DNA of 64,000 nt, taken from NCBI GenBank assembly GCA_903813345.2, contig CAIIXF020000001.1, positions 21,018,001-21,082,000 of the forward strand, in the 5' to 3' direction. The notes under the pieces are model-generated. The model saw only the letters and a list, made by a program, of their open reading frames with translations. It did no database searches and was not told the origin of the DNA. Position 1 is the first letter of the stretch; the number at the start of each line of letters is the position of its first letter. Source of the stretch: Owenia fusiformis (Eukaryota). Shown here one piece after another: positions 36,403-49,369 of the stretch. A program made the translations under genes and the position numbers.

Positions 36403-39400
36403 CTAAGTATTTATTCCACAATTTTTTAAATAGTCCTTTATTATAATTTCTGCTTCAGTCCTTTTATTCAGTTTATTTGCTTTTCCTTGAAATTTTCCCT
36501 TTTTCCCAGCTCCCTTTCCTTCTAGCACTTCAGCTACCCTGAAACATAGAGGTGATCATGATTACACACCTGCAGTTTTGTTTTAATGAACATCGGAGAA
36601 TAGCCCGTTACCAGGCATTAACATGCAAAATGTCACCTCCTGCCATATGTTACAGACACCCAACCACCCATCGGATGCCAAACACGAACAGCCAAACACC
36701 ATCCACAAAAAAGTTGGAGACTATAATTATGTCATCACTTTTTGTGATGCCATGATTAAAGGATTGTATAGTTTTAAGTTTTTTCTTTTTAAAGGGACAG
36801 TTTCTTCAAATGATTTGATTTCTTTGACTTTAAACACCCAAAATCTTACTTTGGTCCTAAATGAGATATTTGGTCCTCTGTACCAGCCAGGAGAAAAAGT
36901 CCAGCTCCTTTCTCATCGCCAGTAGTTAGAAATATAAGCACATCCTGGAAAATCAGTTCACTATTTTATTGTACAAAATAGTAAAACTGCAATTTTGTAT
37001 TTTTATAAATTTTGAACTGATACATATGGAATAATATTATTTTCATGTGACAATTTCTACATTGCATTATTGTGAGTTTTTGAACTTTGAACTTAGCTAT
37101 AACTCTAAGAGAAACCATTATACATTGTATCTTATTATTGGAAATGTTCATAAAATATGTTTGAAGAATGATTTTGAAAATAATTGGGGAAATTCAATGC
37201 TTGAATAAGTAACTGAACTGGTGATTGATAATAATATATGATAAGATCAAACTCAACTTACCCCTGAGTTTATCTCATTTACAATGATATTCATGAATTC
37301 ACTATCTCCTTCTTTCCTGCAAATTAAAATAACATCAGTTTTGAAATCATTACGCACTAAAATGAACCAACTGAGATGGACCAATATCAATCAAAATATT
37401 TGTGTTTGGTCATGGTATGGCAATGCTTTATGAACAGTGATCAATGTGGGTTTATTAATATCTTAATATAAAATAAATACAGTTTATTAAAAATCTAAAC
37501 TCGAGTAGCATACTGTAAGGTAACAAATTATGTGGATTAGGCTAATCCCAAAAGCTTCAAACTGAAAAATTGTATGTATGAGTTATTGCCTACTGGTAGA
37601 GGAACAAGGTTGATTACAAGAATTTCAATATTCAATACAGTAAGGAAATAATAACCTATGTAAGGTGAAGTAGTTTCCAGCATTGCCATTGGATTTAAAC
37701 ATTTTTGCTTCCAAGATGGCTAAATCTCTCATCAATGTCAATGCACTCTGGAATAAAGAAAACAAAACAGAGACATGTCATTCTAAGTATTTTACAAAAA
37801 TTCAATGTCACAACATGCAGCTCTTCCAAAAGACAATCACTCCTTGCCTTATTTGATGTTTAAAGATTTTCAAGTTTCTAGAATCTTCAATCTGTGTTCA
37901 AAGTTCACTTTTTCATAATTTGATTCACTCCCTAGAATCGAATCTGAGATCTATTGGTCTGTATGAAGAAGCATGGGCAAGAAACTTACTTTTTGAGCAA
38001 TTTTTAAATTCTTCTGAGTTTTTTCAACCAATTCAGCATGCTGATCAGGACCAGTCCTGCAAAAATAATTTTTAAAAGATTTACTTAATGATGTAGGACT
38101 AGTTCATGAGCTCCATATTCATCTATGATATCACTAAGAATTATATGCCATGTTGGCTACACAAAGGTGACATGATGTTCCATTTGTCAATTATAGTGGA
38201 AAATGACTGATGGCCAATGGACTGAGGTAATTTGAGGCAATGGCAATAGAAAACAAGGTATAAACATGATGAAATGTCACAACCTGCAAATTGTTAGAAA
38301 GTGTTACAATTGTTTCCAGACGTCAAACACTGACACCACTGAATCAAAAAAATGTGGCTAACAATATGTCACATTTAACCATGTGGTAAACACTGTACTT
38401 GTAGCCATTACATGTAAATTATCAAGAAGAGTCATTTCGAAGTATGTACTCACTTCAGCAAGCCAGTGAGAGCCTTTTCATTATTATAAGCAGTACCCAG
38501 ATAGTTTAGCACACGATTTCCAGCAACAAAAACCAAGTTACTGTGATTCTTCTTGCCTTTTTCTACACCAAGAAGTTTTATACTCTAAAACAAAATCAGT
38601 ATCTTAATGAGTGTATCCTATATCTACAAAACAATATAACAATTATTACATACATGTGAGCATTCTATGTGTCCATTGGTCATCTACATTTACATAAAAT
38701 TCTCCACATTATTCATTGCATCAACATTTTGCTAACAAAACTGCTTTCGAAGTAAGAATTTGTTTTCTCAATAAAAAAGGTATTCTAAAAGATAATTGTT
38801 TGTTCATATATCATACCTGCAAATGACTTAAATTGGACACATGGGTACCACAACACAGGTTTGCTTCTATGCCTTCTATGGTGACAATACGTACAGGACC
38901 CACATGGTCATCAGGTAAACCTCTAGCCCTGGCCTGAAGTAAAACATTGGCAATGGAATAAAACATGCAACAGAGTTCAGTGCCTTCATTGAGACGTTAC
39001 TGTTCAACTGCTATGTTGGTTCAAATCAACATAAGAAGGAGACAAATCTTCAAATAAAAAATAAAAGTAAATGCTTGAAGGTATGCTTATCTTGATACAT
39101 TTTGAAAGCATTATGGTTAACAATGGAGTTCAGCTTGAGCATATATTCAACCCTTTTTATTGCTGTTATAACCATGATAACTTATAAGGTATGAAATGTA
39201 CCGAACTGATTACTGTAATTCCATTATTATTAAAATTCAACAGTGGACTTTTCATATTCCATTGATGTATTACCTTTTCAACTTCAGGATCTTCAGCATT
39301 CTCATATAGGGTAGGATACATTGCAATACCAGCCCTAATCTTCTCATTCACAATATTCTCTATGTTTTCCAGCTGGTCATTTGATACCTTAGGTGTATCA

Positions 39401-42400
39401 AGTTCAATAAATGATGTCTTCTCTCCAAGATTCCTGCAATGAAAACAGTTTTCATAGAAGTGCATCATAATTTTTTCTCTAGAAGACTGAACACTTTGTG
39501 TTCTGCGAAAATTATATTACACCAGCTGATTACCACAGTATTTTCATTCTTTGGTAATGTCTTAACCCCCAATCATTTCAATGCTGTAATTTGTACTTTC
39601 AAATTGTGGATCTGTATTGGTAAAATATCAGTACTGCACTTGGGTATAGCAATTAATTTAGTACAACATACAAAAAGTTAACAAAAAAACTCAAATTGCT
39701 GTATGATTGGGAAAACTTTTACACACAGTTGATTCTGGCAAAGTAGTGCATTACAGATAAGATGATACAAAAGCTGTCCACTGAAGTACTAACCAGGATG
39801 TAGTCTTGAAGCCATATACTGAATCTGCTATAGCTGTCACAAGATGTTGACCTAAAACGATTGATGTAATGCTATTAAAAAAGTAAGTGTTCAAATAAAC
39901 CTGTTAAAGTACAGTGAGTATAAAATTATTAAACTTTTCAAAATTTGTTCCAAACTTATAATCCTATACTTAGAAACAAACCTGAATGTTGCTGCATGTT
40001 GTCAAAGCGCCTTGTCCAGTCTACTTCCAGGTGCACATTGGAACCTATGTCAAATGGTGTTGGGGTGAAATGAACCCCATCAGTGCCTTTTCTTGTCACT
40101 CTCAGGACCTCCACACCACTGATCTATATAACAACACATACAAGCTATAGGAAATTAAAATTTGATGGGTGGCCTTGACATAAATTACGTACATCAAATA
40201 ATTTCATCTTCAGAAAGAAATATTTCAATTATTATAATGGCTAAAACTTGTTACGGTTCCAGTGACATCAAAAGTAGAGAAGCATGGGACGATTTTCTAT
40301 GTATGTGTACTTTAAATTAAGTATAAGAAATGCTACGGTTAATTTTATTTCAACTGACAAAAGAAAAAAATATGTCTACTCACTTTCCCTCTATCATCAG
40401 GCTGAAATAAAAAATAAAAAAAACATTAACCAATAGACTTGAGGATGGTCAAGCAGTCACCATTACCAGAAAGAATTACAAATATCTGGACAAGTATGTT
40501 TGTCAAACTAGCTCCAAAAAAGAATCACCTTTTCATAATTTTAAATTTGAGAATGACATAATCACTATGAATCCTACATATCTGTATTGAATTTGGACCC
40601 AAAGAATCAATTTGAAAAATCAATTGTCCATGTTGTCTTTTGACGTTGAAAATTTTACTTTTTCAGACCTGAGTAGGTAGTTTGTGATTAAGCTTGATCC
40701 AAAGAATCAATTTGAAAAATCAATGCTTTTTCACCTTTTGAGGTCAGTGAAGGTCAATCAAAGGTCAGATCTAAAGTCAGATTTGACCTTCTGAGAATGA
40801 ATAGATAATTATGAAAAAATTGGTCGATTTAAAACAAGATGAAAAAAGATCTTTTTTGACGTTTTTTACATCATTTGTTAACATGGTAACAGATATTGGC
40901 AGAAATGTCTTGGAACTCATTACATGTTTATCTAATGTTCACAATAAAACATCGAGGTCAGTCTAAACAGTACTTGTTAAATTATTGGAAGTTGTAACAA
41001 TTTGTGACAGACGCTGAAATAAGAATTTGTTACATATGCTGAATGCCGAACACCACCTACCAAACACCATCCACAAAAAATTGGAGACTATAACAAAATG
41101 TCACCACTTCTGATGGTGACAAAAAAAATGTTCTGATCAGTGGAATTTTATCTGAACTTGTAAGATAAAGGGAATTTGAAAATAAAAGTATGACTTTGAG
41201 CCTGCTATGAATGGGCATGACAGTAATATTGAAAGAAGAATCTGACATGCATACCTGACCTCCTCCTTCGGGGAAAAGTACAGTGTCTTCAAGAATAACT
41301 TCAAAGCCATTGAGTTTCACCTTCTTGCCGCTAAGCACAGTCTTCAATGTAGCTGGTTCACATGATTTCACAACAGTGTTAAGCTGGAACAAAAAAGACC
41401 AAAAAAATCCATATAAATATAATCTCTTATCCACTGTACAGCCCAGATACTGGTCTTTAAAGATGTTACCCGTATGTGAAGAACAACATCCAGTAAATAA
41501 AAAGCAAATCAGTCATGAGTATATACATCCAAGGGCTCCAATAATCAAGGGATAAATCCTCACATCAGCAACCATGATGTTTATGGGCTATAACACAACA
41601 CAACTAAGACACTATGAAATTCACCAGATAACGTCTTGGTTGCTGAAGTGAGAAAATTCTCACTCAATTATTTGAGCTGCTGGATATATGTGCTCAAGAC
41701 TGACTAGTTTTTCAGTAACTGGATGTTACCATTAACATACGGGTAAAATATATGGATACGAATCATTCTCTTTCTTTGTGAAAATGATAAGAATAAAAAT
41801 TTCTCTAATGGAAGTCCATCCATTTTGTTATAAAGACATCTCTCAGACCTCATGTAGACCATCTCTAGGCAAAACCTGGACTAGAGTAGGCCTAGACTAA
41901 AGAGGGGAGGTACTATTCTGCCATCGACTGAATATTTTCTGGAAATTACCGAGGCTGCCAATCAAGTCAGTGTACTCAGTTCAACATCAGAATGCGTGCA
42001 TGTCACCCGTCATCTCAGTCCTACATACGTGCCCATACGTCATCTCATACCCATACCTATCATCTCAGTTTTATTTTATTATTTTTTTTTTTTTCATAAC
42101 TTTATTTCCATAAATCAAAATAAAAAAATCATAAATCTCAGTTTTATTAAAACGCATGCATTTTGATAAAGAAAACAGGAGCATCTCTTTAAAAAAAATT
42201 GCACTGAGCTTGAAGTTCGAGCTCAGCTTGAGCCCTCATTATATAGTTATTTCAAAGAGAGAATTGAATCATTCACAGGATTTGTTGAAGGGGTTGGCAA
42301 GGATTTACTTTAAACACACCTATCTAAAGCCAACTGAGGAACTGTCATACCACCTGATGACAATATGGGGCAATATGGCCTATCTGTTGTGTTATGTGTA

Positions 42401-43639
42401 GCTAAAGTGAAGAAAATTTGGATTGGACAGCGGCATTTCTAATTCTTAATGCATGTGCACTGCTTGTTACATGCAGTTTAGTTGTAAATTGACCCACAAG
42501 GTCATTTTAAGAAATTTCACTAAACATTCTCAGAGCTGACTTCTCTCAGCTAAGTAGAATAAGAAAAGATAGACAGAACTTGTGCCACCATGTCAATGGT
42601 CATCTCAGATCCAAACCCGCCAGACCAGGCGTAAATAAAATAGGGGATGTGATTTCCTGGGGTTTTATTTCTAAAGCATTTCATCCAGTTCTTGTAGCTT
42701 CTACCAGCACAAGTTTGAAAGGTTCGTCATCTCAGTGTTCAGTAGACTTCCCATCATCTGAGTTAGAGCACCATAATTTCATTGTTACCCATCAACTCAG
42801 TTTTTCGTACCAGTCATCTCAATGAATTAGATCAATTAATTGCCAATCAAATAATAACAATAATTTTCACATTGACCAATAAAACGTCAAAATTTCCAGA
42901 CATTTTCAATTATCGACCCCAAATCAAGTTGACGGCCAATGATACTCTGATCAGACGAGACTCTCATTGAATTTGATTTATAGACTACCCTGTGCGCAGA
43001 GTCTAATTATGAACTACCCTCTGCCTATATAGACTATATTACAGTTTAGCAGCCCCACCCCCATGGCCGATGCCCGCGACAGCTTGCGTCATAAATCACT
43101 TCACACCTACCGCACGCACTGACCTATTCTCAGCCAATTAATGAGGTGGAAGGAACAAGTGATAAATGCGTACACAATAATTATGCGATTACGTCTGAGA
43201 AAATGACCACATAGAAAGTCGTCCTTATTTCGACGACTAACTCTGGCAGAGAAACATCCAAATATAAGAGGCCACACACTGTATAAGCCGAACTAGAAGC
43301 AATCCAAGATATACAAATGTCATTCATGTACATTATAAATATACTTTTCCATAATTATTGCACAATGGTCTCCCAATTTCTTATATTTGCCGTTCTACTG
43401 ACGAAATGAAGCAGTGAAATGGACTTTAGCTATGAGGAGGCTAAGAAAATGAAAAAACAAGACGAGTTTTCTGAATTGATTTCTGATGTGATCAAAATCG
43501 ATCACACATTACAATGATTTGAGCATATCAAAAATAGTCTAATCAGGCTACGATGAGACTAGTTAACCTCTATATTGAGTAAATATGTGTAAATACTCAC
43601 TTCTTTCAAGTAAGAATTTTTCTGGCAAGCTAATGCCAT
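36403..43639 (-). CDS. AARSD1: Alanyl-tRNA editing protein AlaX (AARSD1), 13 exons
   Basis: Exons: 43639-43601, 41383-41255, 40401-40384, 40123-39982, 39851-39794, 39433-39274, 38933-38817, 38584-38454, 38056-37990, 37747-37656, 37316-37262, 36944-36850, 36538-36403 (TAG). Motifs: EDTVLFPEGGGQPDDRG, QQHSGQH (HxxxH), LCCGTH (CxxxH), AEVLEGKGAGKKGKFQGKA. Confidence 0.95.
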
Positions 43640-43675
43640 ATCTCGTACTTTCTCGTGCACTTTGCGAGAGTTTGG

Positions 43676-43712
43676 CAGATGCATTGTGGGATTGAAAGTC
43701 AGCCATATTGAG
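43676..43712. promoter_or_regulatory. Putative bidirectional AARSD1/MBD5 promoter with ZNF143/Staf-like and YY1-like motifs
   Basis: TGCATTGTGGGA (reverse TCCCACAATGCA) at ~43680-43691 and GCCATATT at ~43702, just upstream of the AARSD1 ATG. A plus-strand donor CAG|GTGAGA at 43931 could close a non-coding MBD5 exon 1. Confidence 0.5.
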
Positions 43713-44328
43713 TAAGAAAATATTTCAAACTATCCACTTTTAGTTGAAAATGTTACTTAAAGCGTCAAAATATGGATATTCTGTTAACGCCAAATAATTC
43801 CCAAGACTAATATCGAATGTGAAATGTTAACCACATTTTGAACAAGGTTTTCTCTATGGATTTATTGACTGTTGAAACCCACAGGTGTCTGCATCAAAGT
43901 TGTGGAAAAACAACCACAGAAATATTTACAGGTGAGATAAATTGTTGTACACGTTGCTCCTTGTGTTTCGAATTGACAAACCAATGACCACAAGTCAAAC
44001 ACAACTCAGTTATGTTATCTATTAGATACATATCATCGTTTAAATTATCAATGTATGCCTCTGTTGTTATTGTTGCAATCTACTTGTGTAACTGTATTTC
44101 TACTGGTGTGCCTGGACTTTTCTGGTTTGACATGTGTACATCATTTCTTGTATTGTACACCACATCATGTTGTCTAAAGCATATAGACTAGGAAGAGCCA
44201 CAAACATCTGGTTTATGTTTTGTGTGATGGCTAAAGATCTATTATTTAGTTCACAGGTTTGATGTTAGTTTTTGTCATATATATCACTATCAGAAGAAGG
44301 AAAATAATATTGGACTTATCTGACTAAA

Positions 44329-47300
44329 CACTCATTCTACAAAAAGCGTGATTTTTGCTGTCACACACATTATCTTGTATATATCATAATAAACAGATTC
44401 CATACCTGTTATATCATGTGTTTTATGTTCTTTACCATATTAGAAATAAAAAAATACGATTGTTTCACCTGTGTTGTGTTTATTATTGTTGTCTCACGCC
44501 GAAAATTACGATAGGGGTCTTGAAAACAAGGTGTCACAAAATTGAATTTCTTAATTCATTCTTCCATTATGGTATTATGCGATGGGATCCACCCAATGTA
44601 TCACATCCACAGTAGTAAGGGGGTCTTCTGCTTTACTTTACTGCTTATTGTCCATCAGTTTTGTTTATTTTCTGATGTTTTGGGGATTTTGAATAAAGTC
44701 ACTCATTTCCGGCAATCTACGAGTCAGACTATGATATGGTACAATACTGACACGATAACTGACCCCTATGTCCTGTTTTAACACGCAAAATGATTCATAC
44801 CCGAGAGGTTAATATTTATGAATCGTGATTTTAATATATAATTCAACCAAGAGTCAACAGCATGATAAGGAATAACAAAAACAAAAACGTTAAATTTTAC
44901 TTGCCAATTTACGAGCACCCAATTCTGACAATACAGACACATACACATATCAATGTATCTAGCAAAAAGGATAGGCGACTAAATACTCAATCGTATGTAC
45001 AAACATTGCACCTCAGTCCATTTCCTTATTGGCACATGGTCCAAAAGACGGCATTGCACAATTTACGAGCCACAATTTACGGGACAACCCCTAAAATTAG
45101 ATACGAAAATTAATGATAAATCAGCATTGAATAATAGGGTACGACATCCTACTTTACGACAGTGAAAGAAAAGTGAAAGAGAAAGGTAGGCATTTTGTTT
45201 TGTGACTAATATTGTGTAATTTATCACCCCTTACCAGTGAAGCGTCGCTCTTCTCTTCAAATAAAGATAGCTTATGATACGTTTACACTTCTTATAGCAT
45301 GAATAAAGAATATATGACTGAAAAACGTGAAAAATTATTGCTTTGATATGCACACGTATGTTCCAACATCATGAATTGATGATGTCCCGTATATTGTGTC
45401 ATGTCCCGTATATTGTGTAATTACACCTATCTAAAGTTGATTGGATATACGGATCAAACTTGATATAATCGAAATGATTTTGCGAATTCAGCTTTATATA
45501 ATGTCTAAATTTATTATTTCCTCCAAAAATGATACCAACATATTCATCACAATATCACAGTACGGTACACAAAATGAGTCCCGTAAATTGGCCTTGTAAA
45601 TTGTAATTGTTGTACCTTACTTTGAACCCATTAATAACACTCAAATTATGAAGCATTGCTTCCATTTGTATATGACACATTTCCCATGCATTACTAAGTA
45701 ACTTAATTCAGTCTGAATACTATAACTAGTAACTATTTGCAGCAACAATGGCAAAGAGTAAAGCACAGAGGATGAAAGAATATAGGGAGAGAAAGAAACA
45801 AGAAATGGGAGAGGACTGGCTAAAGAAAGAACGCGAACGTGTTAAAAAGTATTATATACCCCTAGAACTACTACCAGCAAAAGATAGAAAAAGAAAACAA
45901 GCTATAAACAGGAACAATTGGCAAAACTTTAGAACCAAACGTCAAAAACCGAATGACAGCTCTACTCCACAGCCTTCTTCAAGTAGCGAGAATGAAGTTA
46001 CTTCAACAACTGGTTATTTACAGTTGCCATCATTGATGGACAGTATAGATAAATCAAGAAAGAGTAGTGGCAGGAAAAGGGTCAATCGTGCACTATCTAG
46101 GGCTCACGGAAAAATTAAACGCCTTCAGAAGACATCAGCAAAGAATAGAAAAATTATTTCTAGGTTAAGAAAAAAAGTAAATGACTTAAAACCCGCTAAT
46201 ACCCCAAGAAGCAAAACAGATAAACTTCTCAAAAAATCTGGATTTTCACCAAGCAAAGTGCCTAGAACAATTAGAAAAAAACTTATTTTCTCAGAGTGCG
46301 TCAGTGATGAGCTTAAACAATCAAACCAAAAAAAACCTATTTCTGGAAGGATCCTGAAAAAATACAAGTTGGCAAATCAGCTTAGGAACTCTGGGTATAC
46401 ATGGCGAAAATTGAGAGAGAAAAAGGCAAGAAAGATTGGCAATCAGAAAAAGTATGATGAGATAAGAAGTGATGTGATTGAATTTTTTGAAAGAGACGAT
46501 AACTCCAGAATGATGCCAGGAAAACAAGACTTCTCCAAATCCAAGGATGGAACGGTATTCATTTTCTCATAGTATTCTACTAGTAAATACATTCTGTTGT
46601 TGACATTTAACACTATATTTAAGTATCAGACTCAAAACTACATAGATATATTTTACATAGACTGGTCCATTATGCTATATAGGGGTGATAGGTTCTTAAA
46701 GCTCATATTGCAACATTTAATATGCGAGTAAACCATTTAAATTCATAAGAAACGCTTTATCCAGTTATCACCAATGTGTGATTGTTTTCATTTAACGTTA
46801 AGTCCTAGTATTTGTTTATTTGTATTAAGCACAAAGTTAATAATTTGAAAATTTTCTAGTTGTTTGAAAAAGATATATGAAATACTAGTAAATCGAAAAT
46901 TTGCAAATTATTAACTTTTTGTGTTAAGTTATTTTAATGATGTAATGCAATGTTTCAGGTTCGTCAGAAGAGGGTATTAAATGATTACTTACACAACCTC
47001 CATCTCAAGTACCTGAGTGAGTTACCAAGGCACAGAATATCCAGGGCTCTATTCTGCAGGCTGCGTCCCTCCTTCATCACTCTTGTCAATTTTTCATCAA
47101 GATCAACTTGTCTGTGTCAGAAGCATCAGAATTTTACTCTTAAACTACAGTGTCTTAAGAAATTAAATCTCTTTACCTGCATCAATCCAGATGTATTTGT
47201 TAGGGATGTTTCTTCAGACCAGTTAGCCACTTCACTTTCAAATATAGCTGAAGAAACCGTTACATTCCAAGAATGGAAAAGGGTTAAAGTAGATGATAAA

Positions 47301-49279
47301 TTGAAATGCAAAATTATCTCTACAAAAGTAGAAAGAGCAAAATTTAGTGATATAATGTTGAATGAGTATAATGTTTTTGTGGAACATGTGGATAAAATAA
47401 AAAAGCAATACTATGCTATCAAGCAGATGAAACTAAACATGTCAAGTCGCGATGTAATTATTCAAATGGATTTTGCGGAAAACTATACATGTCAAGTTCA
47501 AGAAGAGGTCCAAAGTGGTTATTGGAACCAAACGATGGTTACTCTACACCCGTGTGTTGTATACTACAAGGTGGAAGATGGTGGAGAACTTTTCCACTTG
47601 AACTACGTGTTTTTAAGTGATGTTCTTAGTCACAATGCCACAATGGTCAATTCTATCATTGAAAAATTAATACCTATTGTCAAAGAAAAGGTATCAGATG
47701 TACAGAGGGTACATTATTTCACAGATTCCCCAAGTAGCCAATATCGAAACAAAACAATTTTTTATATTGTGATGCATCATGAAATACGGTTTGGCTGTTC
47801 GGCATCTTGGCAATACTTCGAAGCAGGCCATGGCAAAGGACCATGTGATGGGATTGGCGGGGTTGCTAAACGAGATGCGGATAACGCTGTTAAACGTGGG
47901 TTTTCAATACAAGATGCTAATGAATTCCTGTGCTGGGCTATTCAAGAATCCCAGCATATTAACTATATTTTTGTCACCAAAGATGAGTATGAGATAAGTG
48001 TGTCCCAGCTTGTTGAATATAAAAATTCAAAACCCATCAATGGTACCATGCAACTCCACGGGGTTTGCACTTCGAAGTCTGGTGATGGCGTATCTCTCCA
48101 TACCAGAGATACTACATGTGTGTGTGAAGAATGTTTCACACCTAACGGTTTCCTCCCCAATCAACAGTGCAATTGGCAGGAGAAGATATCAAATTTAAAG
48201 TTTCTCAAACTGAGATTAAAACTTGGAAGCACATTAATTCAGAGATACACTATGGTGGTCTGACTTAATTTCTTTGACATGCGCATATACGATAATTTGT
48301 ACATACAATATTGTTGCATACAGAACTTGTTATTGTGTAATTAAGACTCTAGCATAAGTGCCTAATTTACGAGTCATTTTGCACTGTGAACAGTAAAAGG
48401 ACAGAACAATGCATGACGTTTATGGCTCACATTTATTTCAATGGTATTTACATAATTGCACAACAAATAATGTTGTGGTTGAAATTGTTACATACATGTT
48501 TGTCTTCTGGACAGTTGCTACCAGCATCACGACTGAGTATGCAATTTACGAGACTTTTGTTGTAATTCAGTCTTTCCTGAACTGTTGTGGGAGTTTAATT
48601 AAGAGAAATAACATTCAAAGCTTTGCTTGTGTCATCTGAAGATAAAGTACATTTATGTTGATTCCATAATCAAGTCTTATTCATTTTATACATAATACAA
48701 TATACGGGACAAAATATGGCAATCTACAGGACATTATCTTGAGAGATGTAGCAAAAAGGGCAGTCAATACTCGATAGCCATAATTTGTAGCGTAATTATG
48801 CATAGTTTGAAGTTCCTAATTTATCTACATGAATGACGAGAATGATGCATGGCATCAGTTTTATAATAAACAATACATCGTACTTTATGCTTTATTGGGG
48901 TGTAGACCCTGGGTCAGTTAACGTACATCTTGTTGAAAAATTAAGAATCGATGTAATTTTTGATACTCTTTGAACAATACATGCAACAAACTTTTATTTT
49001 CCTCTTCCAATACAATTGTTGACTATATCAATACTCATTAATGCTGTATACCTAACAAGACGATGACTCGTAAATTGGCGAAAGTGAAAATTTTGACCTG
49101 ACGTTTGTATATTTCTGCCAATTACAACTTCCGCATTTCGAAAGCGAGGCTGCCCAAACTTTGCCAGAATAACAAGTCAACTACAAACTTTAACGTAAGC
49201 ACTGAAATTAGTTCGGTTTTAGAGTTTTATTTCGAATTTTTTTTGACAGACTTTTGTCACGCTTTTTGTAGAATGAGTG
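44329..49279 (+). mobile_element. Full-length ~4.95-kb cut-and-paste DNA transposon, probably Sola-like (superfamily not certain)
   Basis: TAAA|CACTCATTCTACAAAAAGCGTGA ... TCACGCTTTTTGTAGAATGAGTG|TAAA: perfect 23-bp TIR and 4-bp TSD; encloses a two-exon transposase. Confidence 0.92.
45748..48263 (+). CDS. Spliced DDD-type transposase (~703 aa)
   Basis: Exon 45748-46554 (ACG|gtattc) joins in phase 0 to 46959-48263 (tttcag|GTT). Basic N-terminus; FFERDDNSRMMPGK..RQKRVL; CLCQKH; catalytic-type motifs MDFAENY, FTDSPSSQYRNK, GHGKGPCDGIGG; C-terminal CVCEEC. No internal stops. Confidence 0.88.
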
Positions 49280-49369
49280 TAAAATGAAAATCATGTTACA
49301 GTTACATGTAATTTATACTTTCAGTTACTATGCGATGAATGAGCAGAAGCGTGTGCAGATTCATTCACT

